A stretch of DNA of 64,000 nucleotides from a virus, in IMG/VR virus record IMGVR_UViG_3300045988_081431, positions 3,220 to 67,219 of that record. One strand, 5' to 3'. This document shows positions 29,825 to 38,233 of this stretch, in pieces. Numbering within the stretch: the first letter of the stretch is position 1; every line of letters starts with the position of its first letter. The notes under the pieces were generated by a model. That model was not told the origin of the DNA. It searched no databases and saw nothing but the letters and a program-made list of their open reading frames with translations. Made by a program: the position numbers and the translations under genes.

Positions 29825-29851
29825 ACCCAAGTCAAACGGCTTGGGTATTTT
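29825..29851 (+). terminator. intrinsic terminator after SSB gene
   Basis: 7-bp stem ACCCAAG/CTTGGGT, 8-nt loop, then ATTTT. Confidence 0.55.
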
Positions 29852-29904
29852 GGCGTACAAACAATTATGTTGAAAATTTTGTGTCTAAATTTTGGTTTTC
29901 GCTA

Positions 29905-29933
29905 TTGACAAAATACAACTTTTGTGATACCCT
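29905..29933 (+). promoter_or_regulatory. candidate promoter (TTGACA-17-TACCCT with TGn extension) firing into the repeat array
   Basis: Perfect -35 at 29905-29910 and TGa at 29925-29927. The -10 at 29928-29933 is weak. Confidence 0.4.
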
Positions 29934-29940
29934 ATCAAAC

Positions 29941-30062
29941 TTAAGTATTAATACATAAGAATACCTTAGTATATACCTAAGTATGAATACCTAAGTTTGC
30001 ATACTAGGGTATGAATACTTGGGTATGAATACATTGGTTATTCATACCTATGGTATTAATAC
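29941..30062. repeat. array of about 9 degenerate tandem repeats of ~14 bp (core GTATGAATAC / GTATTAATAC), iteron-like
   Basis: Units end in ATAC at 29954, 29964, 29976, 29990, 30004, 30018, 30032, 30047 and 30062. Further half-sites occur at 30124-30133 and ~30141. Confidence 0.8.
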
Positions 30063-30153
30063 TTAAGTCTTAAAACTGTAGTTCCCCATACATATGTTTT
30101 CACTCTCTGTTTTTCTACTTAAGGTATTCATACAGTAGTGGAATACTTGTTTG

Positions 30154-30194
30154 GTAACATTAGTATTCTCATTACATTCGAATACTAATGTTAC
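30154..30194. repeat. perfect 15-bp inverted repeat GTAACATTAGTATTC / GAATACTAATGTTAC with 11-nt spacer
   Basis: Arms at 30154-30168 and 30180-30194; contains the GTATTC/GAATAC iteron half-site. Confidence 0.8.
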
Positions 30195-30224
30195 AACGAC
30201 AAACCATATGAATTGCTTCGCAAT

Positions 30225-30248
30225 AATCGGCAAGCCGATTGATTTTTT
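30225..30248 (+). terminator. small intrinsic terminator upstream of the 30270 promoter
   Basis: 6-bp stem AATCGG/CCGATT, CAAG loop, then GATTTTTT. Confidence 0.5.
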
Positions 30249-30269
30249 CTTAGTCAGACAAAAACTTTC

Positions 30270-30298
30270 TTGACTATGAGAAACAGGTATGCTATAAT
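30270..30298 (+). promoter_or_regulatory. consensus sigma-A-type promoter (TTGACT-17-TATAAT)
   Basis: -35 at 30270-30275, -10 at 30293-30298. Confidence 0.75.
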
Positions 30299-30349
30299 GA
30301 GTGCATAACAAGTCAGAAACAAATTATTGACCGACAGGAGGAACAAATC

Positions 30350-30670
30350 ATGGAACCAGTAGTAAGTCCAATTTTAGTGTATTTCATTTATTTAACTGAC
30401 ACGATTAAGATATTTGCTTTATTGATGGGTATTCTTTTATTGGCATTAGCATTAGCGTTTGATATGATAGAAGAACCAATTAAGTCTAAATGGGCATGCA
30501 TTATTGGAGTAATTCTGTTCTTGATTGGGATATTTACTCCATCAAGAGAAGCTATTATTGCAATGATTGTGGCTCAACACGTTACACCAGATAACCTTAA
30601 CATCGCAAACGAAGTTCTTCAAAACAATATTCATGATTACTTGACAATCATTCTTAATGCAAAACCATAA
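30350..30670 (+). CDS. small integral membrane protein
   Basis: AGGAGG SD; 106 aa with about 3 TM helices; first gene after the promoter. Confidence 0.65.
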   Translation: MEPVVSPILVYFIYLTDTIKIFALLMGILLLALALAFDMIEEPIKSKWACIIGVILFLIGIFTPSREAIIAMIVAQHVTPDNLNIANEVLQNNIHDYLTIILNAKP

Positions 30671-30681
30671 AGGAGCATACC

Positions 30682-31020
30682 ATGGCAACCGACTTTAAAA
30701 ACCAAGACCAAAAGAAAAAAGCATGGACACTTGCCATGCAATACTTTAAGAAGTGTACCAAGAATGGTGCTTTCAAAAATAACAAACCTACGTCAGAGTT
30801 CTTTAAGGTTCGCTCATTCTTCATGCAAATTGATGAGAACTCAATGTTGAAATTACATAAATACATGAACTCATTGGAATATAAAGAAATGTCATTAACC
30901 GACTTGTTCATTAAAGCAAACGAGTTAAATGCCATTCAGTTCGCAAAAGCGAATACGAATACAACCGTCAGAGAACGCAAACAGTTTGACATTGATAAAT
31001 GGTTGAACGACAATGCGTAG
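30682..31020 (+). CDS. hypothetical protein
   Basis: AGGAG SD; 112 aa, basic. Confidence 0.6.
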   Translation: MATDFKNQDQKKKAWTLAMQYFKKCTKNGAFKNNKPTSEFFKVRSFFMQIDENSMLKLHKYMNSLEYKEMSLTDLFIKANELNAIQFAKANTNTTVRERKQFDIDKWLNDNA

Positions 31021-31447
31021 AGTCAAACAACTAGGGTTCTTGGTTGTAGACAAGAGAAAACCAAGACCAAGACGTAAAATCGAAGACATAAACATTAACA
31101 CGTTCTTGACAAGACTAGGTGGTCACAAATATCTGACCAAGCTAAGAACATCTGATAAAGAAGAAGTGTTTCTTCAATTAGACTCTATTGCATCTGTTCA
31201 TAAATCTTTTGATTACCAATTAGTTGGTAATGCACTCAGGGTGGTCTTTGAGTCAGAGCCAAATCCTTTTGCACGAAATTGGAACATTGAACACATTGGC
31301 TTTGGTTCATACCAAAGAGACAAACGTTCATATCTGTTCATCTTTGATTATACCAAAAATGAAACATTTATATTCATCATCCGTAAACCATATCCAGAGA
31401 CAGAACTCGAGATATGGGAAATGTCAGACTTAAATTATTGGGGGTAA
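31013..31447 (+). CDS. hypothetical protein
   Basis: 8-nt overlap with the upstream gene; 144 aa. Confidence 0.6.
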   Translation: MRRVKQLGFLVVDKRKPRPRRKIEDININTFLTRLGGHKYLTKLRTSDKEEVFLQLDSIASVHKSFDYQLVGNALRVVFESEPNPFARNWNIEHIGFGSYQRDKRSYLFIFDYTKNETFIFIIRKPYPETELEIWEMSDLNYWG

Positions 31448-31448
31448 C

Positions 31449-32081
31449 ATGAATACCGAAAACCATTTGATATACTTTAGATTGTGGTACTCATTAGAGA
31501 TACGTAAGAACTTGATTAAGTTACTGAATTTGATATACGAGCATGGGTATCAAACAATACAACCGACCAATGATGGCTTATTGATTTTATCCAATGGAGA
31601 TTACTTGACCTCTCTTAGACATAAAGACTTTTGTTATCTCGGAGAACAATCTGCCATGACTCATAAGGCTATGCCTGTGGCTCAATTCATTCAAAAACGC
31701 AGAGACACCATTAGACGGTCATTTAAAAACCATCAAGATATTATCAATGACATCGAAAAAACATATACTCAATTACTAAGTGTTATGGAACATGTGAAAA
31801 ACCCATACAGTCCATTTGAAGAACTGTATCTGGTTGACCGTGAAAGAATTGTTCGTAACTCGACCATCAACAGTCATTTTGTGACTCACGTTGACCCAAT
31901 TAGTGAGTATCTACCGTTAATCGAAGTCAGAGACAACAAGCCTGTTCCTGTGAGAGAATTGGTTAATACTTTGTACTTGCTAAAGTGTTGTTTTGATGAT
32001 ACAATAGATTACGAAGTTAACACCCTAGTAAAGAAACTACAGGAGGAATACAGTTGGTATGAATACAATCTCAACACTTAA
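31449..32081 (+). CDS. hypothetical protein
   Basis: Starts 2 nt after the upstream stop; 210 aa. Confidence 0.6.
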   Translation: MNTENHLIYFRLWYSLEIRKNLIKLLNLIYEHGYQTIQPTNDGLLILSNGDYLTSLRHKDFCYLGEQSAMTHKAMPVAQFIQKRRDTIRRSFKNHQDIINDIEKTYTQLLSVMEHVKNPYSPFEELYLVDRERIVRNSTINSHFVTHVDPISEYLPLIEVRDNKPVPVRELVNTLYLLKCCFDDTIDYEVNTLVKKLQEEYSWYEYNLNT

Positions 32082-32973
32082 GTACAAAATCGACATTCAA
32101 GAACTTGTGGAAGAATACACCGAATTGTCACGAAACGGTGGTCGTATCCCAAGGGGTAAATGTCCGATATGTCATGGGGATAACCCAACGGAGTTCTGCA
32201 TCTTGGAAGACCGATATTACTGCCACAAATGCGGTTCATCTGGTGATGCAATTGGTTTTTATTCCGAAGTAGAGGGTCTACCATTCTATCAAGCGGTTGA
32301 AGCCTTGGCTGAAAAATACGAGGTGTCTACGGACGACCCTGTGTATCAAAAACAAAAAAGCATCGTTGGTCAGAACACTAAAGTTGCCATTAAGTATCAC
32401 AAAGCCGTTGATGCCGTTCGTGAATACATGAATGTTAAACGTGGCATTAATGATGAAATGTTGGAAGAATTTTTGATTGGATATGACAAGGGTGGATTCT
32501 TGGGTGTACAATCGTCTGGTATTGTCATACCGATTCAAGATGCATATGGTCGTATCGTTGGTTTCTCCAAAAGACGATTGGAAGAAACGAATGAACCAAA
32601 GTATAAGAATACAAAAGAAGACGATGTGTTCGTCAAAAGACAACTACTTTTCAACTATCACCGTGCGGTTAAGATGTTGCATCCGAATGGTGTACTTCAT
32701 GTTGCCGAGGGTTATCTTGATGTCATGTCCGCACACCAACAAGGGATTCCATGCGTTGGGTATCTTGGTGGTCGATTGACAAAAGACCAGATTGGTTTAC
32801 TCTGGGAGTTACAAAAGCGATACAATGGTGATATTACATTTGCATTAGCCGTTGACAATCCAGAGTGTGATGCCACAGGTCGTAAGGCATTGTTGAAGAC
32901 ACGAGAAGACATTAATAAATACGCACCAGATTTAAACGTGCGTGTGGTTAAATATCCGAAAAATGATGAGTAA
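32059..32973 (+). CDS. dnaG: DNA primase (DnaG-like: CHC2 zinc finger + TOPRIM)
   Basis: CPICHGDNPTEFCILEDRYYCHKCGSSGDAIGF zinc finger and a TOPRIM-like VAEGYLDVMS. Confidence 0.85.
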   Translation: MNTISTLKYKIDIQELVEEYTELSRNGGRIPRGKCPICHGDNPTEFCILEDRYYCHKCGSSGDAIGFYSEVEGLPFYQAVEALAEKYEVSTDDPVYQKQKSIVGQNTKVAIKYHKAVDAVREYMNVKRGINDEMLEEFLIGYDKGGFLGVQSSGIVIPIQDAYGRIVGFSKRRLEETNEPKYKNTKEDDVFVKRQLLFNYHRAVKMLHPNGVLHVAEGYLDVMSAHQQGIPCVGYLGGRLTKDQIGLLWELQKRYNGDITFALAVDNPECDATGRKALLKTREDINKYAPDLNVRVVKYPKNDE

Positions 32974-33142
32974 ATACGATAATCTACCGAAAAGAATCGG
33001 AATAAGAAAACAAATGTGGATTGATGCACAACCAATGTATTGCGAACCACCATATAATTATGCGTGTAAATTATGTTTGCGTTGTTGTGTCAATCGCAAA
33101 GGCAAAACAAGAAATCGTTGTGGTTTTAAGAAAGCTGGGTAA
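32963..33142 (+). CDS. small Cys-rich protein
   Basis: In-frame ATG 32963 overlaps the primase stop region. 59 aa with CKLCLRCC and a basic tail. Confidence 0.45.
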   Translation: MMSKYDNLPKRIGIRKQMWIDAQPMYCEPPYNYACKLCLRCCVNRKGKTRNRCGFKKAG

Positions 33143-33147
33143 ATACA

Positions 33148-33405
33148 ATGGGATATGCACTATTGGATGGTACTTGTGTATCATCAATGATTAACAAAGA
33201 ATATACGGTGAATAGGTATCGGTTTATTACACAATTTGACAATGGATGGATTGCCATTCGTTTTCTTGACGATGTACCAACCAATTGTATCAATCAATTC
33301 AGTAACATTGGTGCGTTCAATGAATATATCGAGTATTTAAAACGCAAACCACATCATGATGATTATGTAGCCATGGCAACATCAATGGAGGAAGACAATG
33401 GATAA
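33148..33405 (+). CDS. hypothetical protein
   Basis: 85 aa, co-directional and tightly packed. Confidence 0.55.
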   Translation: MGYALLDGTCVSSMINKEYTVNRYRFITQFDNGWIAIRFLDDVPTNCINQFSNIGAFNEYIEYLKRKPHHDDYVAMATSMEEDNG

Positions 33406-33619
33406 ACCTTTACTAGATAAGCTGTTTTATATCAATTCGGTGTTTAACTTTGTAGAGCCAATTAATAATCCAATAGAACTAATGATTGGTGATACGCTGT
33501 ATAATATCTATGTTTATTCTGGGTATAGAATCGTAGTAGATAATACGGCAACACAATCGTCAACCGAATTTAAAGACTTTATGAGATTCTATGATTTTAT
33601 CTTGGGAGAAAACAAATGA
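33398..33619 (+). CDS. hypothetical protein
   Basis: 8-nt overlap with the upstream gene; 73 aa. Confidence 0.55.
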   Translation: MDKPLLDKLFYINSVFNFVEPINNPIELMIGDTLYNIYVYSGYRIVVDNTATQSSTEFKDFMRFYDFILGENK

Positions 33620-34110
33620 AGATAGTGCATATGATTAAATATGGTTGTGGACAATGGGAAGACTACCATGAGGATGTTGAATATATGTATGAATCATTTA
33701 ACGAAGCCAAACAAAAATGTCTACAGTTACAATCAGAAATAGACCAACGATTACAAGATAATCAACATTGGTATGACACTTTAAATAAGCTAGATAATGA
33801 AGACATCGAAAGTGTTTATAATAGAGTTGTTAAACAGACAACTTTTGTTGTTGCGTTTTTTGAGTTTATTGACTCCCCTAATGATTTTCCAGAAATCTTA
33901 GATTTGTTTGATAAAGATATGCAAGATAAATTCTTATTGTATGCCGAAGCATCAGAGTATGTATCTTCCGTTAGTATCTTTGATAATGACTTTGATAACC
34001 CTCATTACTTTATGTCTGTATACAAATGGTTAGACGATGGTTCGATGAAATGGGTTGATTCCTTTGGTTCTGAAACTCTACAGGAAATGCCATTCTTAAA
34101 AGTAAACTAA
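33616..34110 (+). CDS. hypothetical acidic protein
   Basis: ATGA overlap; 164 aa. Confidence 0.6.
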   Translation: MKIVHMIKYGCGQWEDYHEDVEYMYESFNEAKQKCLQLQSEIDQRLQDNQHWYDTLNKLDNEDIESVYNRVVKQTTFVVAFFEFIDSPNDFPEILDLFDKDMQDKFLLYAEASEYVSSVSIFDNDFDNPHYFMSVYKWLDDGSMKWVDSFGSETLQEMPFLKVN

Positions 34111-34145
34111 TTTTTGTGTTTTTTAAAAATATTGTTTTTATAACC

Positions 34146-34174
34146 TTGACATATTGTGTGTCCTGTGATATATT
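34146..34174 (+). promoter_or_regulatory. sigma-A-type promoter (TTGACA-17-TATATT with TGn)
   Basis: -35 at 34146-34151, TGa at 34166-34168, -10 at 34169-34174. Confidence 0.7.
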
Positions 34175-34186
34175 AATGGTGTAAGA

Positions 34187-34280
34187 ACGATGGTTGAATT
34201 GCCAAGTCTTAATCCATCGTGTTTTGGGATTAGATTCCCAATTAGTAAAAAATATTCGTCCTATTGGGTTTTAAATCCCA
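34187..34280 (+). other. structured 5' leader: three hairpins / palindromes
   Basis: ACGATGG/CCATCGT (34187-93 / 34214-20); TTGGGA-ttagat-TCCCAA (34223-34240); TGGG-ttttaaat-CCCA (34265-34280). Confidence 0.5.
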
Positions 34281-34306
34281 GCTTATAACAAAGTGAGGTA
34301 AAAATT

Positions 34307-34474
34307 ATGCGAGTTGTATCTTATGAACATTTGTTTGGCGACAACAAGTATGTATCAAACAAATATGAACAATATGTTGTTACAAAAGATGGTATTAAGT
34401 ATCTGCCATTAGACATTGTTGAAGAAATCGGTTTCGATTATGAACAATCTGCCGTTATGGAGGTTGAGTTCTAG
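34307..34474 (+). CDS. small hypothetical protein (55 aa, below ORF-track cutoff)
   Basis: GAGG SD 8 nt before the ATG. Stop TAG overlaps the GTG start of the next gene (TAGTG). Translation reads MRVVSYEHLFGDNKYVSNKYEQYVVTKDGIKYLPLDIVEEIGFDYEQSAVMEVEF. Confidence 0.5.
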   Translation: MRVVSYEHLFGDNKYVSNKYEQYVVTKDGIKYLPLDIVEEIGFDYEQSAVMEVEF

Positions 34475-35196
34475 TGAATATTTTAATCGCCTGTGAGGAG
34501 TCTCAAACGGTATGCAAAGCCTTTAGGGAACTTGGGTTTAATGCCTATAGTTGTGACATCGTGGAATGTTCTGGAGAACATCCAGAGTGGCACTTTAAGG
34601 TAGATATATTCGATGTTATCAAACGCAAGGGTGGAGTTACCCAAAGTGGTAATCTTGTGTTTGTTGACAAATGGGATTTAATGATTGCCCATCCGCCGTG
34701 TACATACTTGACTTCTAGTGGTGCAAAATGGTATTACCACCCTGATGACAAACATCTACCGATTGAAGACCGCAGACCACATCCAAAGTTTCCAAATCGT
34801 AAGAAAGACCAAGAAGATGGTGCGAACTTCTTTATGGCTCTTATGAATGCAAACATTGATTATATTGCGGTTGAAAACCCTGTTGGTGTTATGTCAACGA
34901 GATACCGCAAGCCAGACCAGATTGTACAACCGTATATGTTTGGCGATTCAGCACGTAAGACCACTTGTTTGTGGCTAAAGGGTCTACCATTATTGCATCC
35001 TACGGAGATAGTAGATGAGGGTGAGACTTTGACATTCAAAAGCGGCAAGCGTATGCAAAAGTGGATTTCAGATGCATTAACTGAAACGAAAACTGCCGAA
35101 GAACGCAGACGGTTACGCTCTAAGACTTTCAAGGGTATGGCACAAGCCATGGCTAAACAATGGGGCGACTATATTAAACAACAGGAGGATAAATGA
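34474..35196 (+). CDS. C5-cytosine-methyltransferase-like protein lacking a recognisable FxGxG SAM motif
   Basis: HPPCTYLTSSG (PC motif IV-like) and AVENPVG (ENV motif VI-like). The N-terminus ILIACEESQ replaces motif I. Confidence 0.45.
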   Translation: MNILIACEESQTVCKAFRELGFNAYSCDIVECSGEHPEWHFKVDIFDVIKRKGGVTQSGNLVFVDKWDLMIAHPPCTYLTSSGAKWYYHPDDKHLPIEDRRPHPKFPNRKKDQEDGANFFMALMNANIDYIAVENPVGVMSTRYRKPDQIVQPYMFGDSARKTTCLWLKGLPLLHPTEIVDEGETLTFKSGKRMQKWISDALTETKTAEERRRLRSKTFKGMAQAMAKQWGDYIKQQEDK

Positions 35197-35996
35197 AAGA
35201 TTATAAACTGTTAAGGGGCAACGTCAGTCATGACGAGTACGTGAAATATCTGCATAATATCGTTTTCCATTATGCAACATTAGATGCTACGGTTGAAAAC
35301 ACTCAACAGATTTTGTCTTATGCAGATGCACTACATGATGCTTTGAAAGCTAATACCGATGGTGAAGAATCGTTCATTTACAGTCTGGCTACTGGTTTGG
35401 TACACCATTATAAACAACATGTTCAGTCTCAAGCTGAACCTGTGGAAGATACTCAGGAAGACTCATTAGACATGGTAAACACAGAAGAAAACACCACAGA
35501 TGATTCATATAGTGGTAAATTCAATCTTGGTGACCGTGTTGTTATACATGGAGAAAAAGCCTTTAATAAGCCAGAGTTTGGTACTGTTGTGTTGATTGAC
35601 GATGATATAAACCAAACCTATTACTTAGTGCAACTTGACAACAAAAACAAGGGGTGGAATGCATTAATCCATAACGAGGGTATCAACTGCAAGAACGTAT
35701 GGTGGAGTACAGAGGACAAAATGGTTCTTGCCAAAGACTTCTTACAGTTAGATACTTGGTATTGTAGTACAGATTACACCACGCATCAGTTAGGGGATAT
35801 TTTACCTGCAGGCTCCGAGGTTCGTATTACCAGTTTGTCTGACGAAGATGTCTATGGAACACCTGATAAAGAATTAACGCAACGTGCCATAGTAACAGCA
35901 ATTATTTCAAATGACGGAGATACATATCTCGTAACATCTGCCGATAACCACCCAAGAAAGTATTTTAAATTGTTTAAACGACAGGAGAAAATCTAA
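35193..35996 (+). CDS. hypothetical protein
   Basis: ATGA overlap; 267 aa. Confidence 0.6.
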   Translation: MKDYKLLRGNVSHDEYVKYLHNIVFHYATLDATVENTQQILSYADALHDALKANTDGEESFIYSLATGLVHHYKQHVQSQAEPVEDTQEDSLDMVNTEENTTDDSYSGKFNLGDRVVIHGEKAFNKPEFGTVVLIDDDINQTYYLVQLDNKNKGWNALIHNEGINCKNVWWSTEDKMVLAKDFLQLDTWYCSTDYTTHQLGDILPAGSEVRITSLSDEDVYGTPDKELTQRAIVTAIISNDGDTYLVTSADNHPRKYFKLFKRQEKI

Positions 35997-36250
35997 TGAA
36001 AAATCGAATTGAAGAACATCCAGTATTTACGTTTCGTTTAATCTATTGGGTGACATATATTGTGTTATTGGTGTTGTTAAACTTTCAGCATCCCTCCTTA
36101 GTAGCTTTGACTATTGGCATCTTTGGTATTCTCAGTATTAGCCGTATGGTTACAGGCTTGACGGCAATACTATTGGTTAAATACAAAGGGTATGTCCTTG
36201 ATGTTGAACCCTCAAGTATGCTAAAGGTTGATGGAAAACTGATTGGCTAA
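35996..36250 (+). CDS. small membrane protein
   Basis: TAATG overlap; 84 aa with 2 TM helices. Confidence 0.55.
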   Translation: MKNRIEEHPVFTFRLIYWVTYIVLLVLLNFQHPSLVALTIGIFGILSISRMVTGLTAILLVKYKGYVLDVEPSSMLKVDGKLIG

Positions 36251-36273
36251 TATAATTACAGGAGAGAAAAATC

Positions 36274-37191
36274 ATGAAATATACAAACGGAAACGCCAGT
36301 ATTTGGCTTGGTTTACAAGATGGCACACGCATTATTGAATATCCAGACAATCAGGGTTTAATCTTAGATACACCACTCAATATTGATATTCGTGTATCTA
36401 CACAATGTCCATATGGGTATAATTCTATCACGAGAAAATCTACTTGTGAATTTTGTCACGAGTCTGCCCTAGTGAATGGACAAGAGTGTGACTACAATAG
36501 ATTAACTCAAGTGCTAACAGATGCAAAATTGCCACGTGGCACAGAAATTGCCCTTGGGGTTAATCAGGTCACAGACGATTTAATTCAATTCGTGAAAGAC
36601 TTATGGAAACTTGGGTTGATTGTAAACATTACCATGAACGAGCGTTATATTACTGAATTTGGCGACACAGGATTGTTACAACTAAAGCCATACATATTTG
36701 GTCTTGGTATCTCTTATCGCTCCTTACAGGGGTGTTTATCGCTACCAGATTGGATTGCAGATTATCCACACACGGTTATTCATGTAATCAATGGTATTGA
36801 CGACTTTAATGATGTCGTTGAACTTGGGGTTAAATACCGTAAGTTATTAATCCTTGGGGAAAAGGACTTTGGCTTTAATACAGGTAAAGTCAACTTGAAC
36901 ACCCCAAGTCATATCGAATGGAAATCTAATGTTATGCAATTAACGAAAATATTCGATGTTGTCTCATTCGACAACTTGGGGTTGCAACAATTAGAAATCC
37001 GTGGTAAAATAACAGATGAAGAATACAAAACCTTTTACCAAGGAGAACACTCCATGTATATCAATGCGGTGGAACAATACTACTCGCCATCTAGTCGGAC
37101 AAGAAACGGTATTAAACACTTTAATGAAATCTCTTTGGTAGATTATTTCCAAGATTGTGAAAGAAAGCAGGTATCTCATGAAACTAATTAG
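36274..37191 (+). CDS. Cys-motif (C-x12-C-x2-C-H) putative metalloenzyme; radical-SAM-like is only a hypothesis
   Basis: AGGAGAG SD. The motif IDIRVSTQCPYGYNSITRKSTCEFCHES lies near the N-terminus, followed by an alternating beta/alpha-like pattern. The canonical CxxxCxxC motif is absent. Confidence 0.3.
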   Translation: MKYTNGNASIWLGLQDGTRIIEYPDNQGLILDTPLNIDIRVSTQCPYGYNSITRKSTCEFCHESALVNGQECDYNRLTQVLTDAKLPRGTEIALGVNQVTDDLIQFVKDLWKLGLIVNITMNERYITEFGDTGLLQLKPYIFGLGISYRSLQGCLSLPDWIADYPHTVIHVINGIDDFNDVVELGVKYRKLLILGEKDFGFNTGKVNLNTPSHIEWKSNVMQLTKIFDVVSFDNLGLQQLEIRGKITDEEYKTFYQGEHSMYINAVEQYYSPSSRTRNGIKHFNEISLVDYFQDCERKQVSHETN

Positions 37192-37669
37192 AACAGGCGT
37201 ATTTGAAACCAATAGTTCTTCTTGTCATTCTATGGCATATGTCGCAGATTTACGATTGAATAAGCCAAAGAATCAAACAATTACACAACAGTTTGGGTTC
37301 TTAGGTTTTACTCCTATGTTTAACGACCAGTCTTGGGAAGTCCATTTCGTGGATTATATATGGAAAGAACAAACATTATCTACACCACAAGAAAAGCTGT
37401 GGTTTTTACTAATGGAAATCTATAGCGAATCTTTGGTTGACGAAGTGTTTGGCGACCCATTTTATCTACAGATAAAACAATGGTTATCTGACATCGGCAT
37501 CTATTTAGAAGAAATTGGGTACGATGAAGACGACATTGTTGACTCAGTTCCGACCAACGGTGTCGTTAACAAAGAAATGTTTAAATCTAAAGAAGATTTA
37601 TATAAATATCTATTTGATAATAACCTTGTGATTGATGTTCGACAATATGCGGTAATGGCGGAGTATTAA
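37178..37669 (+). CDS. NSSSxHS-motif protein, paralog 1
   Basis: N-terminus MKLIRTGVFETNSSSCHSM. C-terminal KSKEDLYKYLFDNNLVIDV matches paralog 2. Confidence 0.6.
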   Translation: MKLIRTGVFETNSSSCHSMAYVADLRLNKPKNQTITQQFGFLGFTPMFNDQSWEVHFVDYIWKEQTLSTPQEKLWFLLMEIYSESLVDEVFGDPFYLQIKQWLSDIGIYLEEIGYDEDDIVDSVPTNGVVNKEMFKSKEDLYKYLFDNNLVIDVRQYAVMAEY

Positions 37670-37687
37670 TGAAAGGAATGAAAACAA

Positions 37688-38233
37688 ATGAAATTAATTC
37701 GTAGTGGTGTCTTTGAGACCAACTCTAGTTCTGCCCATTCTCTATCCTTTGGTACATCCAAGGTTGTCCGTGGTGCATCTTGGGGCATGCCACCTGATGA
37801 AACCGACTTTAGCAATCCTTTGTATCATCTAACGGAAGTGCCAAGTCACTATCAGGGATACTCTTTAGAAGAAAGTCTTAACGATTACGGATGGAATGGC
37901 TATGATGTAGATACACCACAGCAAAAACTGAGTTACTTATTAACCGCTCTGGGAGATGATATTCAAACTGTCAGAGAACATCCATTTTACACACAATTAG
38001 AAGAATGGTTGTCTGAGTTGGGTATTGGCTTTATTAAGGCAGAAGATTGCGATGGTTATACAGATGGTTATATCGACCATCAAAGCCATGGCATAGTCGA
38101 ACCAAGTCTATTTAAAACAAAAGAAGACTTGGTTACATACTTGTTTAATGACAACTTGATTATTCACATCGAGAACGACAATAGTGACTATCAAGAGTGG
38201 TATACAGGAGAATGCACACATGATGAATACTAA
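37688..38233 (+). CDS. NSSSxHS-motif protein, paralog 2 (retains extra DHQSHG His cluster)
   Basis: N-terminus MKLIRSGVFETNSSSAHSL, with GYIDHQSHG and KTKEDLVTYLFNDNLIIHI. Confidence 0.6.
   Translation: MKLIRSGVFETNSSSAHSLSFGTSKVVRGASWGMPPDETDFSNPLYHLTEVPSHYQGYSLEESLNDYGWNGYDVDTPQQKLSYLLTALGDDIQTVREHPFYTQLEEWLSELGIGFIKAEDCDGYTDGYIDHQSHGIVEPSLFKTKEDLVTYLFNDNLIIHIENDNSDYQEWYTGECTHDEY

Noticed and set aside
29941-30062. CRISPR array
   Set aside because: The repeats are only ~14 bp and directly abutting, with no spacers. There are no cas genes in the window.
30063-30311. 82-aa minus-strand ORF in the iteron/promoter region
   Set aside because: It has no SD. It spans a consensus + strand promoter, a terminator and the inverted repeat, and it would be the only other minus-strand gene.
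36274-37191. Confident radical-SAM annotation
   Set aside because: The canonical CxxxCxxC motif is absent; only a C-x12-C-x2-C-H arrangement is seen. It is kept as a low-confidence hypothesis.
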